A DNA stretch of 64,000 nucleotides from an uncultured Actinomycetes bacterium (GCA_963775155.1 CAVZHU010000014.1:50297-114296); one strand, 5' to 3'. Shown: positions 36,550-46,120, counted from the stretch's first letter. The notes: generated from the letters alone by a model not told the origin. Made by a program: numbers and translations.

Positions 36550-37869
36550 ATGCTGTTCAGGCAGTTCCTCGACGACGACCTCGGCTGCGCCTCGTACCTC
36601 GTCGGCGACGAGCAGGCGGGAGTCGCGGTCGTGGTCGATCCGCCGTACGCGATCGAGCCGGTGCTCGAGGAGGCGGAGCGGCGCGGCGTCCGCCTCGTCG
36701 GCGTCCTCGAGACGCACACACACGCCGACCACGTCTCCGGGCACGGCCGGCTCGCACTCGAGCACGGCATCCCGGCCCGCGTCCACTCGGCGGCCGGCGC
36801 TGCTTTCGAGCACGCGCCGCTCGAAGACGGCACCGAGGTGGAGGTCGGCGACGTCGTCCTGCGGACGATCCACACGCCCGGCCACCGGCCGGAGCACTGC
36901 TGCTTCGCCGTGATCGACCGATCCCGCGGCGAGGAGCCGTGGCTCGTCCTGACCGGAGACTCGCTCTTCGTCGGCGACGCCGGGCGGCCCGACCTCGCCG
37001 TCGAGGCGCGGGAAGGCGCCGAGGGCCTGTTCCACAGCCTCCACCGCCTCGTGGAGCTCGGTGACGGCGTCGAGGTCTTCCCCGGCCACGTCGCCGGCTC
37101 GCTCTGCGGTGCGGCGATGAGCTCGAAGGCGTCGACGACGATCGGCTTCGAGCGGCGCTTCAACCCGGCGCTGCGGGGTGAGCTGGACGACTTCCTCTCG
37201 CTGGCGCTGGGGCCACAGCCGCCGCGGCCGCCGAACATGGAGCGGATCGTGGAGCTCAACCGCGGCGAGTTCCTCGGCGCGCAGCCGCCGCTCGAGCGTC
37301 TCGACTCGGCGCCGGTGGAAGCCGTCGTGCTCGACGTACGTCCGACCGAGGAGTTCGGGGCGGGCCACGTCCCGGGCGCCGTCGGCATTCCGGTCTCGGG
37401 CTCGAGCTTCGCCACGAAGGCCGCCTTCGTCCTGCCCGAGCGGCCGCTCGTTCTCCATGCCCGCGACGAGGCGGAGGCCCGACGGGCGGCGCGGGCGTTG
37501 CATGCGGTGGGCCTGTTCGGGATCGCCGGCTGGCAGCAGGGCGGCGGCGAGGAGACACTGGAGCCCGTCTCGCTCGAGGAGCTCGAGCGGCTGCTCGCCG
37601 ACGACGCGATCGAGCTGCTCGACGTGCGGGAGGAGGACGAGCGGGAAGACGGCTACATCCCCGGCTCGAGGAGCCTCCCGTACCGGGCGGTTCGCGCTGC
37701 CGCCGAGGGCGGCCTGCTCGACGGCCGACCGGTCGTGACGATCTGCGAGAGCGGCCCGCGCGCGGCGGTCGCTGCGAGCGTGCTGCAGGCGGCGGGAGTC
37801 GCGGCGCGACCGGTGCTCGAGGGAGGCATCTCGTCCTGGGACGCCAAGACGACGAGCCTCCGCCGGTGA
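36550..37869 (+). CDS. metallo-beta-lactamase fold hydrolase fused to two rhodanese domains (persulfide dioxygenase-like)
   Basis: THTHADHVSGH motif. First rhodanese-like region without an obvious active Cys. Second with CESGPRAAVAAS (active-site Cys loop). Confidence 0.75.
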   Translation: MLFRQFLDDDLGCASYLVGDEQAGVAVVVDPPYAIEPVLEEAERRGVRLVGVLETHTHADHVSGHGRLALEHGIPARVHSAAGAAFEHAPLEDGTEVEVGDVVLRTIHTPGHRPEHCCFAVIDRSRGEEPWLVLTGDSLFVGDAGRPDLAVEAREGAEGLFHSLHRLVELGDGVEVFPGHVAGSLCGAAMSSKASTTIGFERRFNPALRGELDDFLSLALGPQPPRPPNMERIVELNRGEFLGAQPPLERLDSAPVEAVVLDVRPTEEFGAGHVPGAVGIPVSGSSFATKAAFVLPERPLVLHARDEAEARRAARALHAVGLFGIAGWQQGGGEETLEPVSLEELERLLADDAIELLDVREEDEREDGYIPGSRSLPYRAVRAAAEGGLLDGRPVVTICESGPRAAVAASVLQAAGVAARPVLEGGISSWDAKTTSLRR

Positions 37870-38333
37870 GCGTGCGCCTCAGGGCGATGCGGGACGACGA
37901 GTTCGTCACCTGGCTGCCACGGCTGCGCGGCAGCTATGCCGAGGACATGGTGCGAAACGGCGGGCTCTCGCCGGAGGGGGCTGAGGCGAAGGCAGCCGAG
38001 GACACCGAGCGACTGTTTCCCGGCGAGCGTCCGTCGGCGGAGCAAGCCGTCTACGTCATCGAGGCGGAGGGGCAGCCGGTCGGCGCCCTGTGGCTGGCGG
38101 AGCGCGACGATGCGCTGCAGCGCTGCGTGTTCGTCTACGAGCTCTGGGTGGACGAGGCCCATCGCGGCCGTGGCTACGGCAAGGAGGCCATGCTCCTCGC
38201 CGAGGACGAGGCACGGCGGCGGGGCTTCGACCGGGTCGCGCTCAACGTCTTCGGCGGGAACACGGTCGCGCGCGGGCTCTACCGGTCGCTCGGCTACGAG
38301 GAAGACGCCGTTGCGATGAGCAAGCGCCTCTAG
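37866..38333 (+). CDS. GNAT-family N-acetyltransferase
   Basis: 155 aa with VDEAHRGRGYGKEAMLLAE...GNTVARGLYRSLGY. Confidence 0.8.
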   Translation: MSVRLRAMRDDEFVTWLPRLRGSYAEDMVRNGGLSPEGAEAKAAEDTERLFPGERPSAEQAVYVIEAEGQPVGALWLAERDDALQRCVFVYELWVDEAHRGRGYGKEAMLLAEDEARRRGFDRVALNVFGGNTVARGLYRSLGYEEDAVAMSKRL

Positions 38334-38362
38334 CCTCGCTTCAGCGGTCGCCGGCTCGCGCC

Positions 38363-38427
38363 CCGACCTGTCCCGCCAGGACACGTCCGGTGTCTGACAC
38401 CGGACGTGTCGGTATCGGACAGGTCGG
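38363..38427. terminator. nested perfect palindrome between convergent genes
   Basis: Inner GACACGTCCGGTGTC-t-GACACCGGACGTGTC (15 bp arms, 38380-38410) sits inside outer CCGACCTGTCC/GGACAGGTCGG (38363-73 / 38417-27). Confidence 0.5.
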
Positions 38428-38436
38428 CGGGCGGGA

Positions 38437-39573
38437 TCAGGCCACGACCCAGCTCACGAGCGGGATCTCGATCTCGTCCGCGCTCAGCCCTCCGTGCTGG
38501 CCGTGGAACCGTTGTTCGAAGCGGCCCGGCTCGAACCACCACGCGGCCTCGCCCTCGTGCGGCAGCACCACGAGGTTCGCGAGCCGCGCACGCAGCGCCT
38601 CGGAGACCGACGCACCGAACAGGCCCGCCTCGACGAGCGACTCCACGCGCTCGACGTCCGCCCTGCCCGCGAGCCTCCTCCCCAGCTCGGCGACCACCTC
38701 GTCGAGCCGCTCCGCCAACACGTGCAGGAACAGGTCGCGGGCCGACCCGGCCGGAGCGAGCGGGAGGCCGTCCGCGCCGAGCGCCAGGTGCCCCGCGAGC
38801 TCCGGCCACACGACATTCACGTAGGACGTCCGCTCGGGCGAGATCGCGGCCATGCCGTGGTCGGCCGTGAGAAGGACGAGCGTCCCCTCCGGCCACGGGG
38901 CAGCCGCAATCTCGGAGAGCGTCGCGTCCACCAGCCCGTCGACCGCCGCGGCGCCCGGCCCCTCGTAGTGCATGAGCCCGTCGAGCGCCGGCAGGTGGAT
39001 CATCCCGTAGCCCCGCTCCTCGCCGGCGAGCGCGTCCGCCAGCAGCCGCAGGCCGTCCTCCGACGAGCGGTAGCCGTGGGCCGTCGCGCCCGCGCCCAGC
39101 CGCCGGTTCGGCGTCGAGAACGCGTACTCGGCCGGGTTCACGACGTGACACGGCACCTCGAGCCGCTCGTAGAGCGTCGGGAACGGGAACACGTCGGCCG
39201 GGTCGAGCCCCGCCGCGAGCAGCGTGTCCCGCTCCCGGTCGCCGGCGAAGGAGAACCAGAGCGGCGTGATCAGCCGGTCCAGCCGCGGCTCGTACAGGTT
39301 CCACTCGTAGAGCCCGTGCTCGCCGACGGGCAGTCCGGTCTGGAGCGTCGTCGTGTGGACGGTCGTCGTCGAGGGAAACTGGCTCCTCCAGCGCTCGGCG
39401 GTGGCGTCCCGGAAGAGCGCATGCCCGGAATGCCGCTCGCAGAAGCGCCACCCGAACGCGTCGAAGTAGACGAGCGCCACCCGCGCGTGCTCCCGCAGCG
39501 ACTCCTCCACGAGCCCGGGCAGGTCGGCGAAGGACCGCAAGCTCAGTCGAGCCGCTCGACCGGGTAGCCCCAC
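38437..39573 (-). CDS. alkaline-phosphatase superfamily protein (type I phosphodiesterase/nucleotide pyrophosphatase-like)
   Basis: VYFDAFGW, FPSTTTVHTTTLQTGL (nucleophile Thr region), LLTADHGM. Confidence 0.7.
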   Translation of the reverse strand: MGLPGRAARLSLRSFADLPGLVEESLREHARVALVYFDAFGWRFCERHSGHALFRDATAERWRSQFPSTTTVHTTTLQTGLPVGEHGLYEWNLYEPRLDRLITPLWFSFAGDRERDTLLAAGLDPADVFPFPTLYERLEVPCHVVNPAEYAFSTPNRRLGAGATAHGYRSSEDGLRLLADALAGEERGYGMIHLPALDGLMHYEGPGAAAVDGLVDATLSEIAAAPWPEGTLVLLTADHGMAAISPERTSYVNVVWPELAGHLALGADGLPLAPAGSARDLFLHVLAERLDEVVAELGRRLAGRADVERVESLVEAGLFGASVSEALRARLANLVVLPHEGEAAWWFEPGRFEQRFHGQHGGLSADEIEIPLVSWVVA

Positions 39574-40726
39574 TCGCGCATCTGGGCGAGGAGCTGCTCG
39601 CAGTGGGCGGGATCGCGCGTGAGCAGCGTCAGCTCGACCCCGGTGTGGCCGACGGGAACGCCGGCCGCCTCGCGCTGATGCTTCACCTCGACGACGTTCA
39701 CCCGCTCGCCCGCGAGCAGGTCGAGCAGCCTGGCGAGCTGGCCGGGCCGGTCGAGCACGCGCGTGCGCAGCACGAGGTAGCGGCCGCTCAACGCGAGGCC
39801 GCGACGCATCACCTGCACCATCATCGAGGCGTCGATGTTGCCCCCGGAGAGGACGGCGAGCGCGGGGCCCGAGCCGCCGACGAGGCCGGCGAGGATCGCG
39901 GCGACTCCGACCGCTCCCGCCCCCTCGACGACGAGCTTCGTCCGTTCGGCGAGGAGGACGATCGCCTCGGCGATCTGCTCGTCGTCGACCGCGACCATGT
40001 CGTCGAGGGTCTCGCCGAGGATCGCCATGGCCAGCTCGCCCGGCTTCTTCACCGCGATCCCGTCGGCGATCGTGTGCCCGAGCCGCCGGGCAGCGTCCCG
40101 GCGGCCTGGACGCCGACGAGGCGCAGGCCGGGCCGCACCGCCCGCAGGGCGAGCGTGATCCCGGCGGCGAGCCCGCCGCCGCCGATCGGGACGACGATCG
40201 TCCCGAGCTCCTCGTCCTGCTCGGCGAGCTCGAGCCCGATCGTCCCCTGGCCCGCGATGACGTGCGGATCCTCGAAGGGATGGACGAGGGAGGCTCCCGT
40301 CTGCTCGACGTATGCGTGGGCGGCCGCGAGCGACTCCTCGAGCGCCGGGCCGGTCAGCTCGACGTCGGCGCCGTAGCTGCGTGTCGCGTCGACCTTCGCC
40401 ATCGGCGAGTCCTGCGGCATGAAGATCCGCGCCTGCGCGCCGAGCTCGCGCGCCGCCCACGCCACGGCCTGCCCGTGGTTGCCGGCGCTCGCCGCGACGA
40501 AGCCGCCGGCGCGCTCCTCGGCCGCGAGGCCGGAGAGCTTTGCGTAGGCGCCGCGGATCTTGAACGAGCCCGTCCTCTGGAGGTTCTCCGCCTTCAGGTG
40601 CACCGGCCGGCCGACGAGCCGCGAGAACGTCTCCGAGGAGAAGACCGGCGTGACGCGCGCGACCCCGGCGAGCCGCTCGCGCGCGCGCTCGATCTCAGCG
40701 AGCCCTGGTGCCGCTGCCGTCGCCAT
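39543..40726 (-). CDS. ilvA: threonine ammonia-lyase with C-terminal ACT-like domain; one frameshift near 40085
   Basis: PLP-lysine context LQRTGSFKIRGA, SAGNHGQAVA, PIGGGGL. C-terminal part ...GHTIADGIAVKKPG... YLVLRTRVLDRPGQLARLL lies in the second frame. Confidence 0.85.
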
Positions 40727-41693
40727 CGTGGATCCGGAACACCTTCTCGAGTATCTCGCGCACCGCCGTCAGGGGGTCGAGTTCCCGCGCCTGCACCTCC
40801 GCCAGCAGCCGCCGCAGCTCGGGATCGTCGGCGACCGCCTGCTCGAGATGGCGGCCTGCCCGGCTCGCGGCTACCGCGAACACCTCGCGGGCGAGGTTCG
40901 TACGCCGTCGCTCGTCGAGCCGGCCGCTCTGCTCGAGGAAGGCGCGATGCTCGGAGATCCTCTCCCACAACTCCGGGACGTGCTCGCCGCGCACGGCCTC
41001 GGTGAGGACGATCGGCGGGTTCCAGTCGCGGCTGCGGTCGAGCGCGAGGATCGAGCGCACACCGTTGAGCATCGTCCTCGCCGCCGGGTGGTCCATCTTG
41101 TTGATCGCGATCACGTCCGGGATCTCCATGATCCCCGCCTTGAGCGCCTGCACCGCGTCGCCGGAGCCCGGCATGAGGACGAGGAGGATGGTGTCGGCGA
41201 TGCCGATGATCTCGACCTCGCTCTGCCCCGCGCCGACGGTCTCGAGGAACACGAGTTCCTTTCCCGCCGCGTCGAGGACGAGCAGCGCCTGGAGCGTCGC
41301 CTCGGCGAGCCCGCCGAGATGGCCGCGCGTCCCCATCGAGCGGATGAAGACCTCGGGGTCGAGGAAGTGGTCGCTGAGCCGGATCCGGTCGCCGAGCAGT
41401 GCGCCTTGCGAGAACGGGCTCGACGGGTCGACCGAGACGACACCGACCGACGTGTCTCGCTCGCGGACGTGCCGGACGAGCGCCGAGACGAGGCTCGACT
41501 TGCCGACGCCCGGCGGCCCGGTGACGCCGACCGAGTAGGCGGAGCCGGTGTCCGCGTAGAGGTCGGCGACGACGCCGTACGCAAGCGGGTCGCCGTCCTC
41601 GACGAGGGAGATCGCGCGGGCGAGCGCGCGGCGGTCGCCGGCGCGGACGGCGGCGGCGAGATCCTCCCGTGTCCAGTCGCGGCGGGCCGGCAC
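40695..41693 (-). CDS. meaB: methylmalonyl-CoA mutase-associated G3E GTPase (MeaB/ArgK)
   Basis: P-loop GPPGVGKSSL, ETVGAGQSE, NKMD. The ORF is open to 41771, but its first 26 codons read through the repeat element, so GTG 41693 is preferred. Confidence 0.8.
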   Translation of the reverse strand: MPARRDWTREDLAAAVRAGDRRALARAISLVEDGDPLAYGVVADLYADTGSAYSVGVTGPPGVGKSSLVSALVRHVRERDTSVGVVSVDPSSPFSQGALLGDRIRLSDHFLDPEVFIRSMGTRGHLGGLAEATLQALLVLDAAGKELVFLETVGAGQSEVEIIGIADTILLVLMPGSGDAVQALKAGIMEIPDVIAINKMDHPAARTMLNGVRSILALDRSRDWNPPIVLTEAVRGEHVPELWERISEHRAFLEQSGRLDERRRTNLAREVFAVAASRAGRHLEQAVADDPELRRLLAEVQARELDPLTAVREILEKVFRIHDGDGSGTRAR

Positions 41694-41749
41694 CGCGAGG
41701 ACTGTAGTGGAAGCGATCGCCGGAGTCGCCGAGATGCCCGGGGGCCTAC

Positions 41750-41852
41750 GGCCGGTGGCAGCCACCATCACAAACAGTCACGCCATAGAGGACAAACGGC
41801 GAGACAGAGCGGCGGACTCCGTTACGAAGACGTGCAGTGGCTGCCACCGGCC
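41750..41852 (-). repeat. 103-bp palindrome-ended element, copy 3 (inverted, shortened)
   Basis: GGCCGGTGGCAGCCACC at 41750-66 and GTGGCTGCCACCGGCC at 41837-52. The arm plus flank CCACCATCACAAA is the reverse complement of copy 1's right end TTTGTGATGGTGG. Confidence 0.8.
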
Positions 41853-41898
41853 GTCCGAACGTCGAACGTCGGTCTGTTGGAGGAGCCACGCTCGAGCT

Positions 41899-42069
41899 AC
41901 TAGAGGCTTGATGTGAAATAGACGCCCGCAGGGGCCGTTCCAGGCCAAGCGAGGGAGGCTCGGCGGTCGCAGCGCAGGCCGGTGGCCTGTGCAAGGCCGA
42001 CGAGACGGCCTCGCGCCGCGCCTGGGACGGCATCCGGCGCCGCGGGCTATTTCACATCGAGCCTCTAGT
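41899..42069. repeat. 171-nt rod-like inverted repeat (22-nt AT-rich arms); candidate MITE or structured RNA
   Basis: CTAGAGGCTTGATGTGAAATAG (41900-21) pairs with CTATTTCACATCGAGCCTCTAG (42047-68), one G-U. Further helices by hand folding: 41925-29/42042-46, 41935-45/42020-30, 41949-54/42009-14, 41959-62/42001-04, 41964-68/41995-99 and an apical 41972-80/41984-92. Confidence 0.7.
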
Positions 42070-43328
42070 TGGCGGCTGCGACCGGCGCGGGCTCGGACCC
42101 GGGCAGGAGCTCGCCCTCGGCCCCGGCCTCGCCGGCGAGGTTCCGCGCGATCAGCCAGCCGGCGAGGGCGGCGACGAGCAGAGAGGCGCCGGCACCTCCC
42201 CAGAGCCAGCGCGGACCGGCGCGGTGGAGCAGGAGCCCGCCGACGGCCTCACCTGCGCCGAGCAGCAGGAACGTCGCGCTCATCACGAACGTCAGCGCCC
42301 GGCCGCGCAGGAGGTCGAAGGTGCCGCGCTGGACGAGGAGCGCGTTGCACGCCACGGCCGCCCCGTTCCCGACGCCGAGCACGACGCAGCAGACGGCCGC
42401 CACCCAGATGTTCGGGCTGAGGCCGGCGGTCGCAAAGCCGATCCCCATGATCACGAGGCTCCCGCCGTAGACGACGGCTGCGCTGCGACGAGCGAGGGAG
42501 GCCGCGCTGGCGAAGCTGCCGACGACGAGGCCGGCTCCCATCGCCCCGTAGAGGAGCCCGTAGCCGAAGTCGCCGGCCGAGAACGTGTCCTTCGCGAGGA
42601 AGACCTCGGAGACCTGCGCGCCGCCGGTGCCGAACGAGGTGATCCCCCAGGCGACGAGCACGGCGAGCATCGAGCGCGAGTGGAGCGCGGCGCCGAAGCC
42701 GTCGGCGAGGTCGCGCCAGTGGCCGCGCGACAGGGCTCGCTCGCTCTGGAGCAGCCGCGGCGGGATCCGGACGACGAGCACGATCGAGACGAGGAACGAG
42801 GCGGCGTTGATGCCGTACGGAGGCCGACGGCCCGGCTGCAGCGGTGAGCAGACCGCCGACGACCGGCCCGATCGTCCAGCTCAGATTCTCGACCGTCTGC
42901 AGTAGCGCGTTCGCGGCCGGCAACTCCTCCTCGCCCACGAGGTTTGGCACGCCCGCGTAGACCGCCGGACGGAAGAAGCCCGTCGCGAGGCCGGCCACGA
43001 GCGCGAGGCCGACGACGGTGGCGGCGTTCGGCGCGAACGGCAGCGCGACGAAGACGCCGACGCGCAGCGCGTCGGCGGCGATCATCAGCGAGCGGCGCTC
43101 GAGCCGGTCGAGCAGCGGGCCGAGCAGGAGCCCGACGACAACCGTCGGCAGGAACTCGACGACGAGCACCGCGCCGACCCAGAGCCCGGAATCCGTCCGG
43201 TCCTTGACGTCGATCGCGAGCGCGACGGCCGCGAGCAGCGTCCCGGCGCTCGAGCCGAGGGTGGCGAAGAAGAGGTTCCGGAACCCCGGCAGGCGGAGCG
43301 GTGCGAGTTGTGCGGCGCTGACCCTCAC
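42065..43328 (-). CDS. MFS transporter (one frameshift near 42.8 kb)
   Basis: N-terminal half is in ORF 42249..43328 (FRNLFFATLGSSAGT...) and the C-terminal six helices are in ORF 42065..42781. Confidence 0.7.
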
Positions 43329-43364
43329 GGAGCTGCGCCCGAAGCTACCACCTGGGGCAGCTAC

Positions 43365-44462
43365 TTACGAGACGCCCGAAAGGACCTGTCCCAAGGCGAC
43401 AGCGAAGAGCTCGTTCTCCTCCGGAGTCCCGACACTGACCCGGATCGCCTCGGGCGCGCCGAAGCCGTCGAGCGGGCGGACGATCACACCCTCCCGCAGC
43501 AGGCGCTCGAACAGCTCCCGGCCACGGCCGACGTCGGCGAAGAGGAAGTTGCCGAGCGCCGGCTCGACGGGCGCGAGCCCGTGCCCGCGGAGAATCTCGG
43601 CCAACCGGCGGCGTCCGGTGGCGTTGAGCCCGCGCCGCCGCTCGATCTCCGCCGGGTCGTCGAGGCTCGCGAGCGCGGCGACCTGAGCGACTGCACCGAC
43701 GTCGAAGGCGCGGCGCACCTTGCTCGTGGCGGTGACGACGTCCGCGGGCGCGACGCCCCAGCCGACGCGGAGCCCCGCGAGGCCGTAGATCTTCGAGAAC
43801 GTCCGCAACACGACTACGCGTCTCCCCTCCCGGAAGCAGTCGAGCCCGTCGAGATAGTCCGGGTCGTCGATGTACTCGAGGTACGCCTGGTCGAGGATGC
43901 AGAGGACGTGCTCCGGGAGCCGGTCGAGGAAGCCGAGCAGCTCGTCCCGGCCGTTCGCCGTCCCCGTCGGGTTGTTGGGATGGCAGACGTAGACGAGCTT
44001 CGTCCGCGGGCCGATCGCCTCGAGCAGGGCGTCGAGGTCGTACGTGTGGTCACGCAGGGGAACCCGGTTCACGGCGGCGCCGAGCTTCGCCGCGGTCAGG
44101 ACGTAGCTCGGGAACGAGGGCCAGCCGCAGACGACGTCGTCGCCCGGGTCGAGGCTCGCCTGCGCGAGCAGGTCGATGATCCCGTCCGCGCCCGCTCCGA
44201 CGACGAGCTCCTCGTAGCGGACGCCGTGCCGCTCGGCCAGAGCCGTCCGCAGGACGTGGCAGCCCCCGTCGGGGTAGCGGTTCAGCTCGGCCGCGGCGCG
44301 CTCCATCGCCTCGAGCGCGGCCGGGAAGGGCGGGAACGGGCCCTCGTTCGAGGCGAGCTTGACCACCCGCTCGAGCCCGAGCTCTCGCTGCACCTCCTCG
44401 ACGGGCTTACCCGGCTCGTACGGGACGAGATCCGCGATCGAGGCGCGGAAGAAGTCGGTCAA
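43365..44462 (-). CDS. hisC: histidinol-phosphate aminotransferase
   Basis: 365-aa class-II aminotransferase. KLASNEGPF, NPNNPTG and the PLP-lysine context TFSKIYGLAGLRVG. TTG start. Confidence 0.85.
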   Translation of the reverse strand: MTDFFRASIADLVPYEPGKPVEEVQRELGLERVVKLASNEGPFPPFPAALEAMERAAAELNRYPDGGCHVLRTALAERHGVRYEELVVGAGADGIIDLLAQASLDPGDDVVCGWPSFPSYVLTAAKLGAAVNRVPLRDHTYDLDALLEAIGPRTKLVYVCHPNNPTGTANGRDELLGFLDRLPEHVLCILDQAYLEYIDDPDYLDGLDCFREGRRVVVLRTFSKIYGLAGLRVGWGVAPADVVTATSKVRRAFDVGAVAQVAALASLDDPAEIERRRGLNATGRRRLAEILRGHGLAPVEPALGNFLFADVGRGRELFERLLREGVIVRPLDGFGAPEAIRVSVGTPEENELFAVALGQVLSGVS

Positions 44463-44590
44463 TCGCCGCTCTTCCCGCGCCAGGACGCGAGCTTGCCGCC
44501 GACGCGCTTCGCCTTCCGCCGCGCAACCGCCTTTCCGGCCCTCAGCACGAGCCAGCCGACGACCGCGTTCCGCCTGTTCATGATGCCCAT
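44459..44590 (-). CDS. 43-aa basic small protein, translationally coupled to hisC
   Basis: AGGAGG then ATG 44590. MGIMNRRNAVVGWLVLRAGKAVARRKAKRVGGKLASWRGKSGD. Its TGA overlaps the hisC TTG. Confidence 0.45.
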   Translation of the reverse strand: MGIMNRRNAVVGWLVLRAGKAVARRKAKRVGGKLASWRGKSGD

Positions 44591-44705
44591 GGCTCCTCCT
44601 GTCGTCGGCTCGAGGCTACCGCATACGCCCGCGGTGCAAGCGGCGCCCGTTTGACACGGCGCACCTGGTCGCGAAGATCGTGACCGGGCACGCGTACCAG
44701 CTCGC

Positions 44706-46120
44706 CTACGCGGTCGTCTTCGCACGCGGCTTGCGGTTCTGGACGTGGATGGCCCGTCCAACGCCACGAGACCGGCCTCCTTGATCGCCTCGGAGAGCGT
44801 CGGGTGCGGCGCGATCCCGTCGGCGACCGTCTCCACCGTCGACTCCGCGTCGATGGCCACGACCCCGACCTCGATCATGTCGGTCACGTGCGGCCCGACC
44901 ATGACGAGCCCGAGCAGCTCGCCGTAGCGCGTCTCGTGGATCGACTTGACCCAGCCGACCGTCTCGTCCTGCATCACGGCACGCGCGTTCGCGACCCATG
45001 GGAACCGCCCGACCGCCACGTCGTCGCCGTACTGCTCGCGGGCCTGCGCCTCGGTCAGCCCGACGGCCGCGATCTCGGGATCGGTATAGGTCGGGCGCGG
45101 CACGGCGCGCGGGTCCACGACCGCCTCGTGACCGGTCGCGTTCTCGGCCGCGACCTCGCCCTCGCGGAAGGCCGTGTGGGCGAACTGCCAGTAGCCGGCG
45201 CAGTCGCCGACGGCGTAGATGTGCGGGATGTTCGTGCGCCGGTGGCCGTCGGTCGCGATCCCGGTCCGCCGGTCGAACTCGACACCCGCCGCCTCGAGCC
45301 CGATCCCGTCGACGAGCGGCCCACGGCCGACGGAGACGAGCATCAGGTCGGCCTGTACGGTCTCGCCCTCGCCGAAGTGGACGGTGAGCTGGGATCCGTC
45401 GTCCTCGACCCTCGTGCACTGCTTGCCGAGGTGAAGGGAGATGCCGCGACGCTCGAACTGCTTCGCGAGCTCCTTTGCCGCGTCGGCGTCCTCCATCGGG
45501 ATCAGCGTGTCGAGCATCTCGACGATCGTCACCTCCGAGCCGAAGCGGCGGAAGATCGAGGCGAACTCGCAGCCGATGATGCCGCCGCCGAGCACGACGA
45601 GCCGCGCCGGCACCTCCTCCTGCGCGAGCAGCGCCGTCGAGTCGACGCAGCGCGGCGAGTCGAGCCCCTCGATCGGGGGCCGGAACGGGTACGAGCCGGT
45701 CGCGACGATCGCGGACTTGAAGGAGACGCTCTCGGCGCCCTCGACGGCGAGGGTGCCGGCGTCCTCGAACCTCCCGGTTCCCTTGATCCACTCGACGCCG
45801 TTCGCCTTGAACAGGCTCGCGACGCCCTGCGTCATCTGCTTGACGACCGCCGCCTTCCAGGCGTTCGAGGCGGAGAAGTCGAGCGTCGCCTCCCCGACCA
45901 CGACCCCGAACTTCGCGAAGTGCTCCTCCGCCTCCTTGAGCGCGAACGCGGTCTGCACCCAGGCCTTCGTCGGGATGCAGCCGACGCGCAGGCAGGTGCC
46001 GCCCAGCTCGGGCTCCTTCTCGATGCAGGCAACCTTCGCGCCGAGCTGTGCGGCGCGGATGGCGGCGGTGTAACCGCCCGAGCCGCCCCCGAGGACGGCG
46101 ACGTCAACGTCCATGCTCAT
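44706..46120 (-). CDS. lpdA: dihydrolipoyl dehydrogenase (E3); frameshift near 44755 causes apparent read-through
   Basis: GGGSGGYTAAIRAAQLG, redox disulfide GGTCLRVGCIPTK, HPTLSEAIKEA. The natural end ...DGRAIHVQNRKPRAKTTA lies in the frame of ORF 44706..45791. Confidence 0.88.

Noticed and set aside
41899-42069. The rod-like hairpin as 6S RNA
   Set aside because: Size and the rod shape fit, but hand folding shows no large central asymmetric bubble, the defining open-promoter mimic. Internal loops are 5 nt or smaller.
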